Made by a program: the position numbers and the translations under genes. A stretch of 64,000 nt of DNA from Bugula neritina (Eukaryota > Animalia > Bryozoa). The number at the start of each line of letters is the position of its first letter. Position 1 is the first letter of the stretch. The stretch spans positions 19,513,700 through 19,577,699 of the forward strand of contig OZ037768.1 of assembly GCA_964035545.1 (NCBI GenBank). Direction: 5' to 3'. Of the stretch, positions 49,501-63,867 are shown one piece after another. The notes under the pieces are model-generated. The model was not told the DNA's origin. It worked only from the letters and a program-made list of their open reading frames with translations, and searched no databases.

Positions 49501-52500
49501 CTTTCATTGTTGAAATAGTTCTGTTGTAACCATTTCAGCATTTATGTATTTACCATCTTGTATGTATTTTCATTAATAGGGTATGCACATTTGCACTCTT
49601 AAACTATATTATGATTTTTTTAGTTTCTTTAGTAAGTTTTCAATATTTTTAAAGCCACTCAATATTTTTCACAATTGATTGTTATTTGCAGTTTCCTATT
49701 GTGATTATAATTTATTCTTTGTTGTCTCATTTAACTATAAAGGATCAGGTAAGCACAAACAAAAATAGAAAATATGCCTTCTTTGCATAAGGATTGGAGA
49801 AGTCATGTTGTAAATTTCTATGCTTTTAGATTTCTGTATTGCGCTTTCATATCCGTGTGTTTCTTTTAGCAGTACTGGTAGATTTTATTGTTTACTTCTG
49901 CTTCTTGTATTCTTCTTTGCATTATTTTGTAGATCTATGAGACATTATGCTTTCTACATTTTCTCGTATAAGTTTCCAGTGAGCATCATTGCAAAACTGT
50001 AAACAATCTACTTTTGACTTATTTACCAAATAAGATTTTCCTTTCTCTTCATTAAAAATTTGCTTTTAGAAATTTGAATTTTTTTACTATAATCTAAATT
50101 GAAATCAATTAATTTTTCCTGCAATGTGACTAAACTGACATAATATTGGTAAAAATGAGTAGAAAAAGTGAGAACTGATATAACCTGTTGTATGCCCAGA
50201 TGCCATCTTTCACCGTTCTTATAATCAATTTAAATCTTAAAGTTAGCATTTAATCACTGAGGGAACAACTTCTTTTACAATCATCTATAATACAGCTTAG
50301 ACGCGCGCAGATTTTTTAAGTTTCTCTATTTTATTTTTTATTGGCAAAGTATATAGATACTAAATGCTTTTTATTATATTATTATGGACTACTTGTACCA
50401 GGTAATTTGTTTTGAATTTGTAGTGGTCACCTTTCTGTTCCCAATGATACTAAACTAAGTGCCATGGTTTAGACTTTAGTCTATCTGTGTGGTCATTAAT
50501 TTGTATGCTTGGTTAAGTTTCAACCATTGGCATGTGCAGAGCATGGGTTGTCTTTTCTTAAAGTAATCCCATGATCTTGCATAATTAAGTAAGGGTGTCA
50601 AATATTATAAGTGCTTATAAGTTAAGATTTAACAGATAAATATTGGTTATTGACTCTTTGGGGCTAAATTTAATATAAATATATATAAAAATGACTTTCA
50701 AATATATAAACATATTTATGCTTGAACCTCATGAACACTATATAATTGCCATCATTTTACTTATGTTGCTTAAAAAAGTATATTTAAAGTAATATATATG
50801 TTAACTTTTGCTTTGCAGGAAAATGGATCCATAGAATATTTCTGTCCACCTTTGACTGATGAAGATTTCAACAAGCCCGTTGGAAAGTACACGCAGTCCA
50901 TCTTCTTAGAGAATACTAATAAATGCCTGACAGCCACATCAATTGGTAACTTGGTGGTCTGGGCCAGCAACAAGCCCCTCACTAAAGGTATACATAATGG
51001 CTCTGATGCTAGTGCAAGCAATTGGAATACATGTAACTATATATAGAATGTTAACTCAACTACTGGTCCAAATAAAATTAATGCAGTAGCCGCTTTTCGC
51101 TAGTTTCCAAGTGAACAGATTATAGTGTTTAAAGCTTTAAGCTTATCACATTTTGCTATACCTTCATTTTGAATTTTAATATGCAATTAAATCTCTTTGA
51201 ATGCACTGGTTTCCAAGCTTTGCATTATGCAAATAAATTTTTCATTTGATATTTGGAAACAGTTGCATTGACTGAAACCATAACCATAATTTTATGCAAA
51301 CCGCAACTACAAATTCACCGAATAAATTCGAATAATGCCAAGTCATGGAAACGCAGCTAATGGTCCACCAGCACTAGTTACAAGCACCGCTCAGCTTAAT
51401 TCACAAGTCATCTTGTCTTTGTCATGGCAGAATGGGCAATCACACCTGGGAGCACTTGTTTAACATGTTACAAGTGTCAAGCAGGTGGCTCACATTTTCC
51501 AAGAGTCGTTGGTTTTATTGGGAAAAGCTTCTAGTTGAAATTGCTTCTATGTTACTTTGAAGCCCTTGAACAATGTTGCTGACACAACCCAAGACACACG
51601 GTTCAAAACCCTGAGATAAAACCTAACATTAGCTTGTCACAGGGGTTGCAACTCCAAACACGTTTGTGTAAGCAGGGGTTATCAAGAGACATAATGGCCA
51701 CGCATAAAATTGTCTGTGAATTATAATAGCATTTTATTACTTATGTATTATATCATAATATTATACTATTTACTTCCTTACATTTTAAAATAATATATGC
51801 ATACATTTACATCGATTTTGTATTACTCACCATAGCTATAGTCTGATTTACTAAAACGCTTTTATTATCTTATCATTATTAAATTTTGAATTTAAACCTT
51901 CAAACTTTGTATTTAAGGTAGAAAATTAAATTTTTTATTTGCAGCTATAGACAATGAGCCCACGCCAAACAAGAAAGCATTGAAACTGGTAAAGGTGCAG
52001 GACCGAGGTATTAATGTGCTGATGGTGGTAGACTCCCAGATAGTCATGGGAGACATGAACGGACATGTTAAGCTGTTTGACCAGAACCTCAACCTGGTGC
52101 ATTGGTATCAAGACCTGAATATTGGACCCATTAACGCTATTTCCTTCAAATACATTGAGAAATGGAGTTTAGAGTAAGTGATTGTCTGCCCAGCAACATG
52201 TCTTTGATCAATTATACTACTATTTCCCACACTACTGCCAATCTATAGTTTTCACATTATTTCTTAAAAACTTAGAAAACTTCAGTAATGCGTGCTTCGA
52301 TTCTGTCTGTTGAGATAAGTTATTTTTACATTTTAATAGCATCTATATACTTTATGTGAGTTAATGTAAAATTTTTGATTCAGTGATCTACTTGGATTTT
52401 CTCGACATATCACATGAGCTCAGTTTTACCTGCATGCACCTGTTTACCTGCATCTATCAATGTATAATATTGTCCTCCAGGCAAATGGATACACATGACT

Positions 52501-55500
52501 ATCCCAATGACTGCTCACTGGTGGCAAAAGCTCTTCCCATGAGAAGCTTTGTAATTGGCTCTACACAGAGTGTCTACGCTCAGATTACACCCAGAGGGAC
52601 AGACATCAATGTTATTCTACGGAATCATGACAGCCCCATTCACAGTATCATCACTCACCCATCTGAGTAAGCCATTCACATTTTATATACTTCAGTGTAT
52701 CAAAACAGCATTGTATGTCTTGGATGATACATCAGCTGTTAGACATATGAAGTCATGTCTGCTAAAATCTATGTGGAGAAAACTCCAAGTAACAGTTTAG
52801 GCAAATTATAAAAGTTGCATAATTAGTTGCAGTTGAATGATTTTGAAAAACCAATTAATGACATTTTTCTTACATTCACTCTAAAATTTACCAACTTTAA
52901 TGCTCAATGCTACTATTGTCTATGAATGTATCCTAGAATCTAGAATCATTGAATTGCATAGCTACTAGATTGTACAATAACATGTTTTAGGCTGATTATT
53001 AATATATACATATTTTTCTGTAAATGACCTGAGGTTTATAATATCCAGCATGCTTTAAAGTTTAAATCCACTCGCACTGTAGCTTTATTGGCTAGTCTAA
53101 AATTTTATAACTAATTCATTATAATGCCAATATGGTTTGATGCTGTTATAATTTACTAGTCAGCAAGCCTTAGTGCTAGAGATAGCATGCTTTTTGAAGC
53201 CTTGACTCGTAAAATTATTAGCTAGAGTTAGTAAAAAGTTAGGTATCAGTTTTTTTAGAAATACAGTATATTTCAAATGCATATATTTTAGGAAAAAGGT
53301 GTATATTGGAAGTTACTCCGGCCTCCTGCAGATCTGGGATTACCAGCTGCGAGTTGTTATTGCATCGCGGAAGTTTGAGAAAGGCTATATGATTCAATGC
53401 ATGGCTATAGACCCCAGAGGATTCTATATAGGTACAACTAGGTTTAGTGCTATATAGGTACAACTAGAATATATGCATTGATTATGGAATATTTAATGGT
53501 TTCAATAATTGTTTATGATATATATTATTTTTACTAGAGTTAATTATTCCATGTTTTGCAGTATATTTGTACAAATATATTCAAAAATTAAAAGTTCAAA
53601 TTTGAAAATTATAGGTGAAGTGTTAAAATACACACCAGTATGACTTTATCATACCTTATCATGGTGTTCCTTTTCTTACAGCTGTGGGTTTTACAAACGG
53701 AGTAGTGAAAGTGTTGGATGCATTGAACCTACAAGATGAGGATACGGAGGTGTTCAGATACGCTAGGGATGCCATCACACACATTGGCTTCTCTCACGAC
53801 TCCCAGTTTCTTGCTACAGCTGTAAGTCTTTATCAGTGATAACTACAGCAGCAGACATCAAGTTAGCATGTGTAATGTTATGTTATAAACCACGTGTTTG
53901 ATGTTTTTATAGGAAGTAAATATAATTTTTTTAGGCTGCGTTAATGATGGTCAATAAGAAATTGTTCTGTGACAAAACATGTGCTTCATTATTTTGAGTT
54001 TTATGTTGGTGTCATTGCAGGATGGAGAGTTCACGACCACCCTGTTCAAGAGACAATACGGCACAGATGTGCAACCTTGGGTGTATATTGGACGACACCG
54101 AGCTCATTACAAGGAGATTAAAGATGTCTGCTTTGGCATAGAGCTGGACTCTAACAAACCTCGTCTACTTACATTAGGAAAAGACCGGAATCTTGTATGT
54201 TAATTAGTCTCTTAGCTATAGTCTGCTTTGTTTTAATTACTTTGAAAATTATATTTCAACTCTTTGTAAATTGTTTTCAAGTCTGTTTTTCACTCAAGTG
54301 TTGTAATTAGCCAAGTTTTCATAATATTAAATAAACTATATTTAATAACTGCAATAGTCATAAAAAAGTGTAATTAAATACAAATTGCTGCTGTTATGAC
54401 CCAAAATTACCAACATTCAGATGTATACTCTTCATTATGACTCATACGAAATATGGTTTATATAGTTTCTCATTCAGTCTTTTACTGATATGCTTTATTG
54501 ACATTCCAATAACCAATTAATATAGAGAGCTAATGGGTTTATATTATCAGGTTGAGTATGATCTAGAGAACAGCCACAAAGACCATCTCCTGCTGCTGGG
54601 GAAGGACAGGATAGAGCAGAGTGCCGTACCACAATGCATTGCTTGGTATCCGCCATTAAACAAAGAGCACTTTATAGTCACAGCTAATGATCAGTACAAG
54701 TTTAAACTTTACAACGTGACTACTAAAAGATGCAGGAAGACTGTACTCGGGCCAACATATGGATCACCATTGAAAAAGTGGGTCATCTTTCTCATCACGA
54801 CGGCAATGCACTTTATAATTAACGTTCTTACTTATAAGCCATATATTGCTTTTTGCAACCATAAATCTTGAGTATAATAAGCAACTCTGCTTATGCTCAT
54901 GCTCATGGCTCTCCATAAATGTTTCGTATAGTTTCGAACATATTACTACCACCTTATATACTTCCGTTTTATACCGCTACAATTACTACACTATCATTCA
55001 CTTTACCTATTGTTTTACCATGTTCTACACAAGTTACAATTTTAGTTATTAGTTTAGCTCCGGTGTACGTACTTGCATTAATTTTATTAAATATTTTTGT
55101 AATTGAAAAAAGTGTATCACTTGCAGGGTAGTACCTCAAACTTCATAACCCTCTTTGGTTTTCTAGAATATGCATTCTGCCAACAGCAGATGAGGTGAAT
55201 GACAAGCAGTACATGGTGTATATAAACGACGATAAAGTAGGCTTGCAGATTCTGCCACTTGACGGGAACCCCCACAACTCCATGGCACTAGTTGCTCACC
55301 CGGGTGGAGTAACCAACTTAGCTACGAGTTTTGATGGCAAATATTTGTTCACAGCTGGTGGCCCGGACACTAGCGTCCACATGTGGCATATTAACATCAA
55401 GTAAGCTTTTACATGGAAATGAATAAAAATTGTTTTGTACATATGCATAGTTTATTGCCAGTTCTAGTTTAGTAAATTTAGTTCTTGTGCATGTACCATT

Positions 55501-58374
55501 ACTCACCCCTATGTAGCTAAATTTAGTATAAAGAGTAAATAGGTTACAAAGAAAAAAAAATTGTATGCATGATTTAAATTTTCAAATTAACCTTTCATGC
55601 AATTGTTCTTAAAATGCCCATGTTGAATAAATGCATTCCACAGCTGATGTTGATAATGATTCTAACTACTCCTTTAAGAAGTGTGGATACAAAACTCACT
55701 ACACATCTTATTTAATAGAGCAATTGATTTGCATTGCATGACTTGAAAACCAAAAGAGCATAAACTCTGTTACATGACCTTTCTGGGACCTTTCTGTTCA
55801 AACTATAATATATAGCGCCTTAGAAGCTCAGTCTAAACTCGGTGGAGAAGATCTGGTGCCGTTTTATGGTCTGATGGAAGGGGGAAGAGATGGAGAACTG
55901 TTTGCAGAGTTAGAAGACTATTTCTATTACGCCCAGCTAAGGCAGTAAGAATTTGATTATGATTCATCACTTGAACTTTTTCAATTTTATTTACCTGCTC
56001 TGAAAACATACAGTCTTGCAAAGTATATGATTCTATAAATAGTAAATCCATTCTAACCATTTTCTTTTATCTATAGTTTACCTAAAGATGCATCTATTTA
56101 TTTTTTAATACCAGGTAAAGTGGCTATGCCAAAAAGTATTTTGATGTATTTTAGTCAAGGTATCAACACGATGATGAAAAGACAGGTGGACGTTAAGATT
56201 GCCCTGAGCGAAGTTCCTTATGTCATGAGGGCCATGGGGTTTTACCCTTCAGAGCAGGAAGTGGAGGACATGTTGAATGAGGTGAAGTTTAGCCGATACG
56301 TTGAAACTGGCGAAGATGTGACTGATATCGACTTGGGCGCATTTATAAAATGTAAGTGCGACAACTCCTGTATGTATTTAAAGTCTTTCAGCCATTTATG
56401 AAATTATGCCACTAGAATAATGCACTGTTGTGAAAATTATTTTGTTTTCTTTTAATTTAACATATTTTGATAAGCCCGAAAACACATTTTATTTAAAAAA
56501 TATCGTTTACCTATTTAATGTTAGTTGTCTTTAAATAAAGCAGTTATGATTAGACATTTTTAGCTTAAAATGACATGTTAATGTTATAATTAGTTTTGTG
56601 GAAATTTAATTTAGAGACAACAATATTGGTAATTTAAATGCAAGCTTAGATTTTGACTACTGTTCATGCAATTTGCATGCAATTTTCAAAATTTATTATT
56701 GATGAAAAATGTGATTTCTTTATCCCTTACCTTATTTATCTTGTATGCCACTTATATTTGGATGCTTGTGTATCGATTACATTTAAAGTTGGCATCTTTC
56801 TGGTTATTTTTCATGCAATTCATAACAATAACCGATAGTGCATTCACTAGTATTTTAAATGCTAGCTATACTGATGTACATGCTATTTAACAGTGTACAT
56901 AAACCACAGACCTGCGTTTGGATTGAGTCATGAGAAGATAGCTTGGTGTTTTGACGTACTGAGTGGGTTTTCAAGCGAAGAATCTTCCATTAAAAGAGGG
57001 AAATTCCTGGACCTTCTACAAAGGAAAGGTGAGAGCTCTCAGTTCTGTAAAGTTGTAGTATTTAATATTTTAACTGCGCAAGCTCTGGCTTCTAAAGACC
57101 AGAACAGTAGATAAAACTATACTAAGTTGAATTGATTTTGCAGTGCATGTTCTGCTTATGGTTTGCAGCAAAAAAAATTATTAAATACCCAATACCTATA
57201 TGTTTTTATTAAGCAAACTATTGTATTATGTTTGTTTGGTTGTGCTAGCGTTTCACTCTAGATTCACTAAGAGATCCTGTTATTCAATCGTATAGAAATT
57301 TAAACAAGACCAGTAGTTACTCTCTTTATTAAATTGGCAGAGTTTATTGATCAGAAAAAAGTGGTTTACCTAAATGGAAAGTAGAATTAACCCAAATGCT
57401 TGCTCTCATTTTACTGGTGGGGTTTGCTTGTACCTTTATCATGTTTAATGCAAGTAACTTCTGAACTTTCTACTGCAAGGTGACTCTACAAACTACAAAT
57501 AGTGTTTGCAAAGTTACTCGCTTGCTATAAATGAAAATCTCAGAAAATATGTAAACAAACTACCTGTTATTTATAAATTATTCAGGACTTGAAAAATTTT
57601 ATCAAGTGTTGAAATTAGATTATGCATCATCAAAGAAATTAATTTAACAATATAATCCTGCATGTGGTGTATAGTATAACATATTGCACTATGCACTACA
57701 CAATTTTATATATTATGCTGTATAGTGTGATATATTACACTATGTACTACATAATAGTCCATACAATGCTGTATAGTTTAATATATTGCACTATGTGCTA
57801 CAATTTACACAATAGTATTTATTATACTGTATAGTGTAATATATTGTACTATATACTTCATACTACTATATATTATACTTTATAATATAATATATTGTAC
57901 TATATACTGCATTATACTATATATTACACTTTATAGTATAATATCTTGTACTATATACTTCATAATACTATATATTACACTTTATAGTATAATATATTGT
58001 ACTATATACTGCATTATACTATATTTTATACTGTATAGAGTAATATATTGTACTATATACTTCATAATACTATATATTACACTGTATGGTATAATATATT
58101 GTATTTATGATGTATTACATAATACTATTTACTGCATGTTGTAGGAGAACATATGACTGAGTATGAGCTGTCTGAATATCTCACCACCCTGCTGGGATAC
58201 AATGATGAAGGTGGTAGCTGTGAAGAGCATGTGTTTGATCCTACAGAGGCTGGTAGTATAATAGTTGACAACCTACCTATTGACATGTCTACTAAGACCT
58301 TCACTGACGACTTGCTGGGCTTTGGATTCTATCAGCAACCTGATATACTCGACCTAGAAGCTGTTAACACCTAA
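46564..58374 (+). CDS. CFAP251: Cilia- and flagella-associated protein 251 (WDR66), ~1297 aa
   Basis: 18 exons: 46564-46834, 46946-47617, 47908-48149, 48750-48896, 48986-49092, 49196-49460, 50819-50987, 51945-52173, 52481-52666, 53292-53431, 53682-53821, 54021-54194, 54551-54777, 55167-55400, 55816-55944, 56155-56351, 56894-57028, 58145-58374 (3894 nt, in frame). Motifs WSFGLN, LQGH, WD40 repeats, [42 protein letters not shown] (EF-hand region), YINHRPAFG. Confidence 0.93.
57660..58130. repeat. Degenerate AT-rich tandem repeat (~52 bp) in last CFAP251 intron
   Basis: Recurring TATAGTATAATATATTGTACTATATACT.CAT.ATACTATATATTACAC units. Confidence 0.8.
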
Positions 58375-59028
58375 AATGTGTTACATTGAATGCTAGTGCA
58401 TGTCTTATTTTGGTGCATCCAATTAGATGCTGGTTTACAAAGCTAGCATTGCTAATAGCAACTAATAGCAGTGTATATGTTACTATGTGAGTTGAAAAGA
58501 ATTTTATCTTTTTTTATTAACTTATACTCATGCATTGTATTTGTATTTTATCTGAATAAATTGAAGTAAACTTTTGAGAAGTATCTGTGCCAACCTACAA
58601 CCTACTTAATGAGCTAAAATTATGTCAATGTATGTTTGCCTGAAACTTCTAAACAATATTTGTCAAACTAAACCAGATTGAAAAAGCATTTCAAATTTAT
58701 AAGCTTAGTTAGAAAATTTTCAACCATCATGGCAACAATGGAGTAGCCAAAATATTATGGCGCAAACAACTATAATTTGGGTTTCATGAGCTGCAATTAA
58801 TGTATTAGGTGTCTATGTTATTGCATTATTAAATGTTACATTAGTAAATGTTGGAAGTCTAATCAGATACAATCAGAGTCATCAATGGTAGCAAAAGAGT
58901 ATACACATGAAAGTATAGACACCTACACAATATTAGCTTAGTCTATTTGACATATTATGCATTGCATGAACACCAATCGATATACGAAATAAAGGCTTCA
59001 TACAATCACAAATAAGAGGAATAGAAAC

Positions 59029-59033
59029 AAAAA
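59029..59033 (-). terminator. Pol III oligo-T terminator of tRNA-Lys
   Basis: TTTTT on the - strand, 12 nt downstream of the tRNA 3' end. Confidence 0.75.
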
Positions 59034-59044
59034 GATAAGCTATT

Positions 59045-59117
59045 CGCCCGAACAGGGACTCGAACCCTGGACCCTCAGATTAAAAGTCTGATGCTCTACC
59101 GACTGAGCTATCCGGGC
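59045..59117 (-). tRNA. tRNA-Lys (anticodon UUU)
   Basis: Reverse complement GCCCGGATAGCTCAGTCGGTAGAGCATCAGACTTTTAATCTGAGGGTCCAGGGTTCGAGTCCCTGTTCGGGCG (73 nt), a canonical metazoan Lys-TTT cloverleaf with A and B boxes. Confidence 0.98.
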
Positions 59118-59344
59118 GGCTCGATATTAGAAATATATTATTGCAATATCGTTATTAATTTGTTAGTTGTTCGTATTTGGCGAGATACACTGAAAACCCA
59201 TATCCGTTCCATGCTTGCCTTCTATACTCGTGTTTACTATTTCAGTATTAGCAGTTCCTCGTCCTCAACATCAATTTCATTGTAAATTTATTGCTAGCCT
59301 GTACTCATTTTAAAAAGCACTTGTTAACATTTAATTAAATAACG

Positions 59345-60864
59345 ATGTATTTGAAATACTACACAGACGAGAAAGGAAACCGCGTTTATACTATGAAAGT
59401 TAGTATTCTAAGACTAAATCTAATGTTCTTATTCTAAAATTAAATTAAAATAATATTCCAACTCTGATTCATATTCTAGTTCAATATAAAATTGAACATC
59501 AATAGAAATATTAGTATTACTAATACTAATGCTATTAGTCAATCATGATGTTATTGTTATACTCAAGCTATTACTAATAACATTAACAATCTAAATCTAA
59601 CACTTCAAGTTTAGGTTAAAGTTCAACTGTTGAAGTTTAACTTTAACTCTGGTCTATAACATTAACTCAAACTGTTGGTTTATCATTATCATTATGATTA
59701 TGATTATGAATAATTTTAAATCATGAACAGCGATTTCAAATTGGATAAAAGTAAATGTATAGAATTATATGTAGAGATTATCAAGATCATATTCAATATG
59801 ATTATCATTATGAATACAATATTTATTTATTCCATTTCCAGCATGTGATCTGACCATGATGATGTGTTATTTTTATCACTATCAGTTTTGACTTTTGTCC
59901 TATTCGCAGGTCTCTTACTCTAAGTTTTAGCAATAACTGTAACACTAGGGCTCTTGTAGTTGTAGAATGTCTCAAGTGATGTGTGTATAATATTAATGTG
60001 TGTTCACCTCTAGCTGCAAATCATTTAACTATACGGTTTGACTTTTGTTAGTTTAACCATTTGCAGTTAGTGTTACTGTTACAGTTGGATACGACTATAA
60101 GATTAAGTTATTCTAGGTTACCCTTCAATATTTTGATGAATCTTGCAGCCTAGTTTTGCATGTTTTTGAATAGCTTCAGCTAGAAAGAATGGCTTGAATC
60201 AATACAATTTATAGCTTAATAAATCCGTTTGCTCCACAACAGCTATGTGGCATAGTAAACGAACTAATTATTTCCCAAGTTAAAATTAATGTCAACTATA
60301 TCAGAAAAATCATACCGATACCAACTGTTATGGACTCAGTTCTGAGATACTGAAAACAAATACCAAAATCAATCTGAATAGTTGATCTCGAATCTAGATT
60401 ATGCAGTTGAACTGTTCAAACAACATTTTCTTGAAAAGTGCTAGTGACATAAAAAGACAACTCTTGAATAAATGTATATCAGGTAGTTTAATATTCATAA
60501 ACTAGTTTATCTTTTTTAGAGTTATTATGTATTGTTACCTCAACAAGCTTTTTGTAGGTAAATGCCAATTTTAATTTTCAAAACTATATTTCTATGACTG
60601 TTTATTACTGTATACATCCTATAAGTTTGTAAAAAATGTTTGTAAATCAATTTTGTAATATTGTTGAAGTTTAGATAACATTGTGGTTGAGTATATTAAG
60701 CTAATTTTGTTACCATGTTGTAGTCTAAGAGCCCGGCAGGAGTGCCGACTCGCTGTGCACATCCAGCCCGGTTTAGCCCAGATGAATCTTTTTCTAGACA
60801 CAGAGTTACCATTAAGAAGAGGTTTGGTCTACTACCAACTCAGCAGAAGCAAGCTGTGCTGTAG
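59345..60864 (+). CDS. NOP10: H/ACA snoRNP subunit NOP10, 64 aa
   Basis: Exons 59345-59398 ([18 protein letters not shown]|gttagt) and 60724-60864 (tgtag|[46 protein letters not shown]). Contains the AHPARFSPD signature. Confidence 0.96.
59399..60120. repeat. Degenerate hexamer-periodic tract at start of NOP10 intron 1
   Basis: 59507-59542 aatatt agtatt actaat actaat gctatt agtcaa; 59685-59708 attatc attatg attatg attatg. Confidence 0.7.
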
Positions 60865-61666
60865 TCAGTGATGGCAACACTTGAAATTACACATCTTCAA
60901 TATAATATTTTTTGATACTTTGATCTAAAAGTTGGGCTTTATGAACTGTATATGTAAAGATATCCACATACAACTGTACATTTATAAATACCTGTAGAAT
61001 AAAATAATTTTGTGTATCTTTTTCTGTTTGTCTATCCTGTGTACTGTTGGTTTTGAGGGTTAAAAATAGTTGCGAGCTTAAAATGCAAAAATTACACCAA
61101 CTGTAATTATGTATTGCTATACAGTATATCAATCTATTGATTCGAACTTACAATGCTTATAACTGTGGAAATGAAGTTTTTATAACCTTTACTGGGTGCC
61201 ATTATATATCTTGAGAAATGAAATAACATGTGTTGTTTCCTAGACAGTTGGCACATATATAACATTTGATCTTTTGTTCAACACAATTTTCTAATTATCT
61301 AACTTAAAAACTTCAGATATTTAGTATAGAAACAATTAACTGTAAAACCAATGAAAGGTGACTAGATAATATGAGGTGTATTATCATATATCTATTGGTT
61401 AATTCACCTGTCTTATGTGTAGATGATAATAGCAATATATTTACATCAAAAATCAAACAAACACTAGTTAGTAGACATGGTAGGTTTAAACACTCGAATA
61501 GAAAGCTGAAGATAACAAGGCATACAAATTATCTAGATATTATTTACACCTACACTTAAAAAAGTTCCATAAGACATTAGCCACATTAGAATGTAATGAA
61601 CATGACATTATTTTTCCTGAAAAGAAATAACCCAAGATAATACAGATTAATCAAACAGAAACACGG

Positions 61667-63840
61667 TCACTCTACAACCACACTTCCGCCGGCAGCTTCC
61701 AGAGCTTTCTTAAGTTCTTCTGCTTCATCCTTTGTCAGTTCTTCCTTCACCACCACAGGTGCTGACTCCACAAACTTCTTAGCCTGTCAACATACATGCC
61801 TCAAGTAGTGCTGAATATACTAATACTATTTACTATAGACATGTAAGTCAAACCTAAATTGTGTTGGCTAACGTCTGCCTACAGTCAATGTGTTTAGTTG
61901 AAAGTTTTCTTCTCTAGCTGAAGTCTGCCATCAAAATGCAGTTATATATAGTTGACATACGGGCACCTAATGTTTAAAAGCTTGCACTGTAGAACCGTTC
62001 GATGTCATATACTGTTGCATGTGGACATAAATTAATCAGAAGAAAGACAACTCTTGAAATAGGGTTTGCAATAAGATCAAAGGAGGGCATAAAATTAAAA
62101 AAAATAAGAAGATACTTAGACAGCTGAACTGGATGCATGTCAGAGATTCTGTACAATTATGTAGACATCATTGGTGAAGAACCATCAACATTGAGTGATG
62201 TGAGATATTAGACAGTGTAGTGAGATACTAGACAGTGCAGTGAGATATTAGACAGTGTAGTGAGATACTAGACAGTGCAGTGAGATACTAGACAGTGTAG
62301 TGAGATACTAGACAGTGTAGTGAGATACTAGACAGTGTAGTGAGATACTAGACAGTGTAGTGAGATACTAGACAGTGCAGTGAAATACTAGACAGTGCAG
62401 TGAAATACTAGACAGTGTAGTGAGATACTAGACAGTGTAGTGAGATACTAGACAGTGTAGTGAGATACTAGACAGTGTAGTGAAATACTAAACAGTGTAG
62501 TGAGATACTAGACAGTATAGTGATATACTAAACAGTGTAGTGAGATACTAGACAGTATAGTGATATACTAGACAGTGTAGTGAGATACTAGACAGTGTAG
62601 TGAGATACTAGACAGTGTAGTGAGATACTAGACAGTGTAGTGAGATACTAGACAGTGTAGTGAGATACTAGACAGTGTAGTGAGATACTAGACAGTGTAG
62701 TGAGATACTAGACAGTGTAGTGAGATACTAGACAGTGTAGTGAGATACTAGACAGTGCTCAGTACAACAATATCAACAAACCTGCACTAAATTCATTCCT
62801 TCCACCAATTTTTTCACTTCCTTGATTAAAGCAATCTTTTTAGAATCTTCAAACTTATCTAGTTTGACTGTGAACAAGGACTGTACTTGCTTCACTTCCT
62901 CTTCTTCTTCCTAATCCAACAAATTGTTTGCAAATGAAATATAGTCAGATGTTGAATCTTTTAATAAAAAAGTTTAAAACAAGATCTGTATATATGTTAT
63001 GGTATGATATGTAACAGCAATAACGAGTGACTAGTAGCATGCTTTACTGTATCTGTACTAATACCCTACACGCAATTTTTAAACATACGACTGGCTTGAA
63101 AATAAAAGCACGCGCAACACGTAAAAATCGGGTTCAGCCCCACTAGAGTTAATAATCAACTAACTTAAAAATCAAGCATAACACAGGGAAATGTGAACAT
63201 TGAATATAGTAACCAGCCAGCGAAATTGATAGGCCAACGACTAACCTTAACTTGAGACTGAGCGACATTGCCCATAGGCATGCCCATTGCCATCATAGGA
63301 GCGTCTGGGATATTCAGCCTTTTCTACAACACAATTATAATGTAACTTACTTGAAAGTACAAAAAGGAACACATAAACACTGATTACTTTACGGGGAATC
63401 TTTTGATTAGTCACAAAGTTTTAGGAGTTGTCTTTTTAAAGAGTTTTTTCTACAGAAATGTATGGCCATTATGATGCTTTCCATCTGGCTGCTATAAATA
63501 GCTTTGGAAACCTGCATAATGTACATTACATGAACCAGGAAAGGCATTTTATAAAATTGAGATCAAAGACTTTACAGATGAGGACAGATAATTCTAGCCT
63601 ATTATAAAATATTATTCACAATAGAAAAAAGTCTCCGGGATTTTGCACTACTGCAGTTTATTTCAGCCTGGTGTAGTACAAACCTTGAGACAGCTATTTA
63701 AATCTGCAACCTCCATTAAGGTGAGTTGACTGATTCTATCTACTATGTCATTAATGTGAGCTGGGTATGTCTTTTCGAGGCCATCTGCAGTTGGTACTTC
63801 TAGAGCTTGTGTGCTGCACAGACGGATTCGGCATCTGTAT
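61667..63840 (-). CDS. MRPL12: Mitochondrial ribosomal protein bL12m, 3' part (first exon beyond window)
   Basis: Exons 63840-63684 ([21 protein letters not shown]), 63323-63246 (KRLNIPDAP), 62910-62782 (FTVKL...KIALIKEVK...MNLVQ), 61783-61667 (AKKFVESAP...[18 protein letters not shown]). Confidence 0.95.
62200..62757. repeat. 20-bp minisatellite in MRPL12 last intron
   Basis: About 28 copies of GTGAGATACTAGACAGTGTA. Confidence 0.96.
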
Positions 63841-63867
63841 CTAAACAACAACAACCTCCATAGAACT

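Noticed and set aside
60683-60871. 62-aa ORF and GC-rich island as ncRNA or novel gene
   Set aside because: It is NOP10 exon 2 read in another frame.
62200-62757. Regular repeat arrays (also 7178-7462, 39481-39848) as CRISPR-like
   Set aside because: Head-to-tail units with no unique spacers, in eukaryotic introns or UTRs, and no cas genes.
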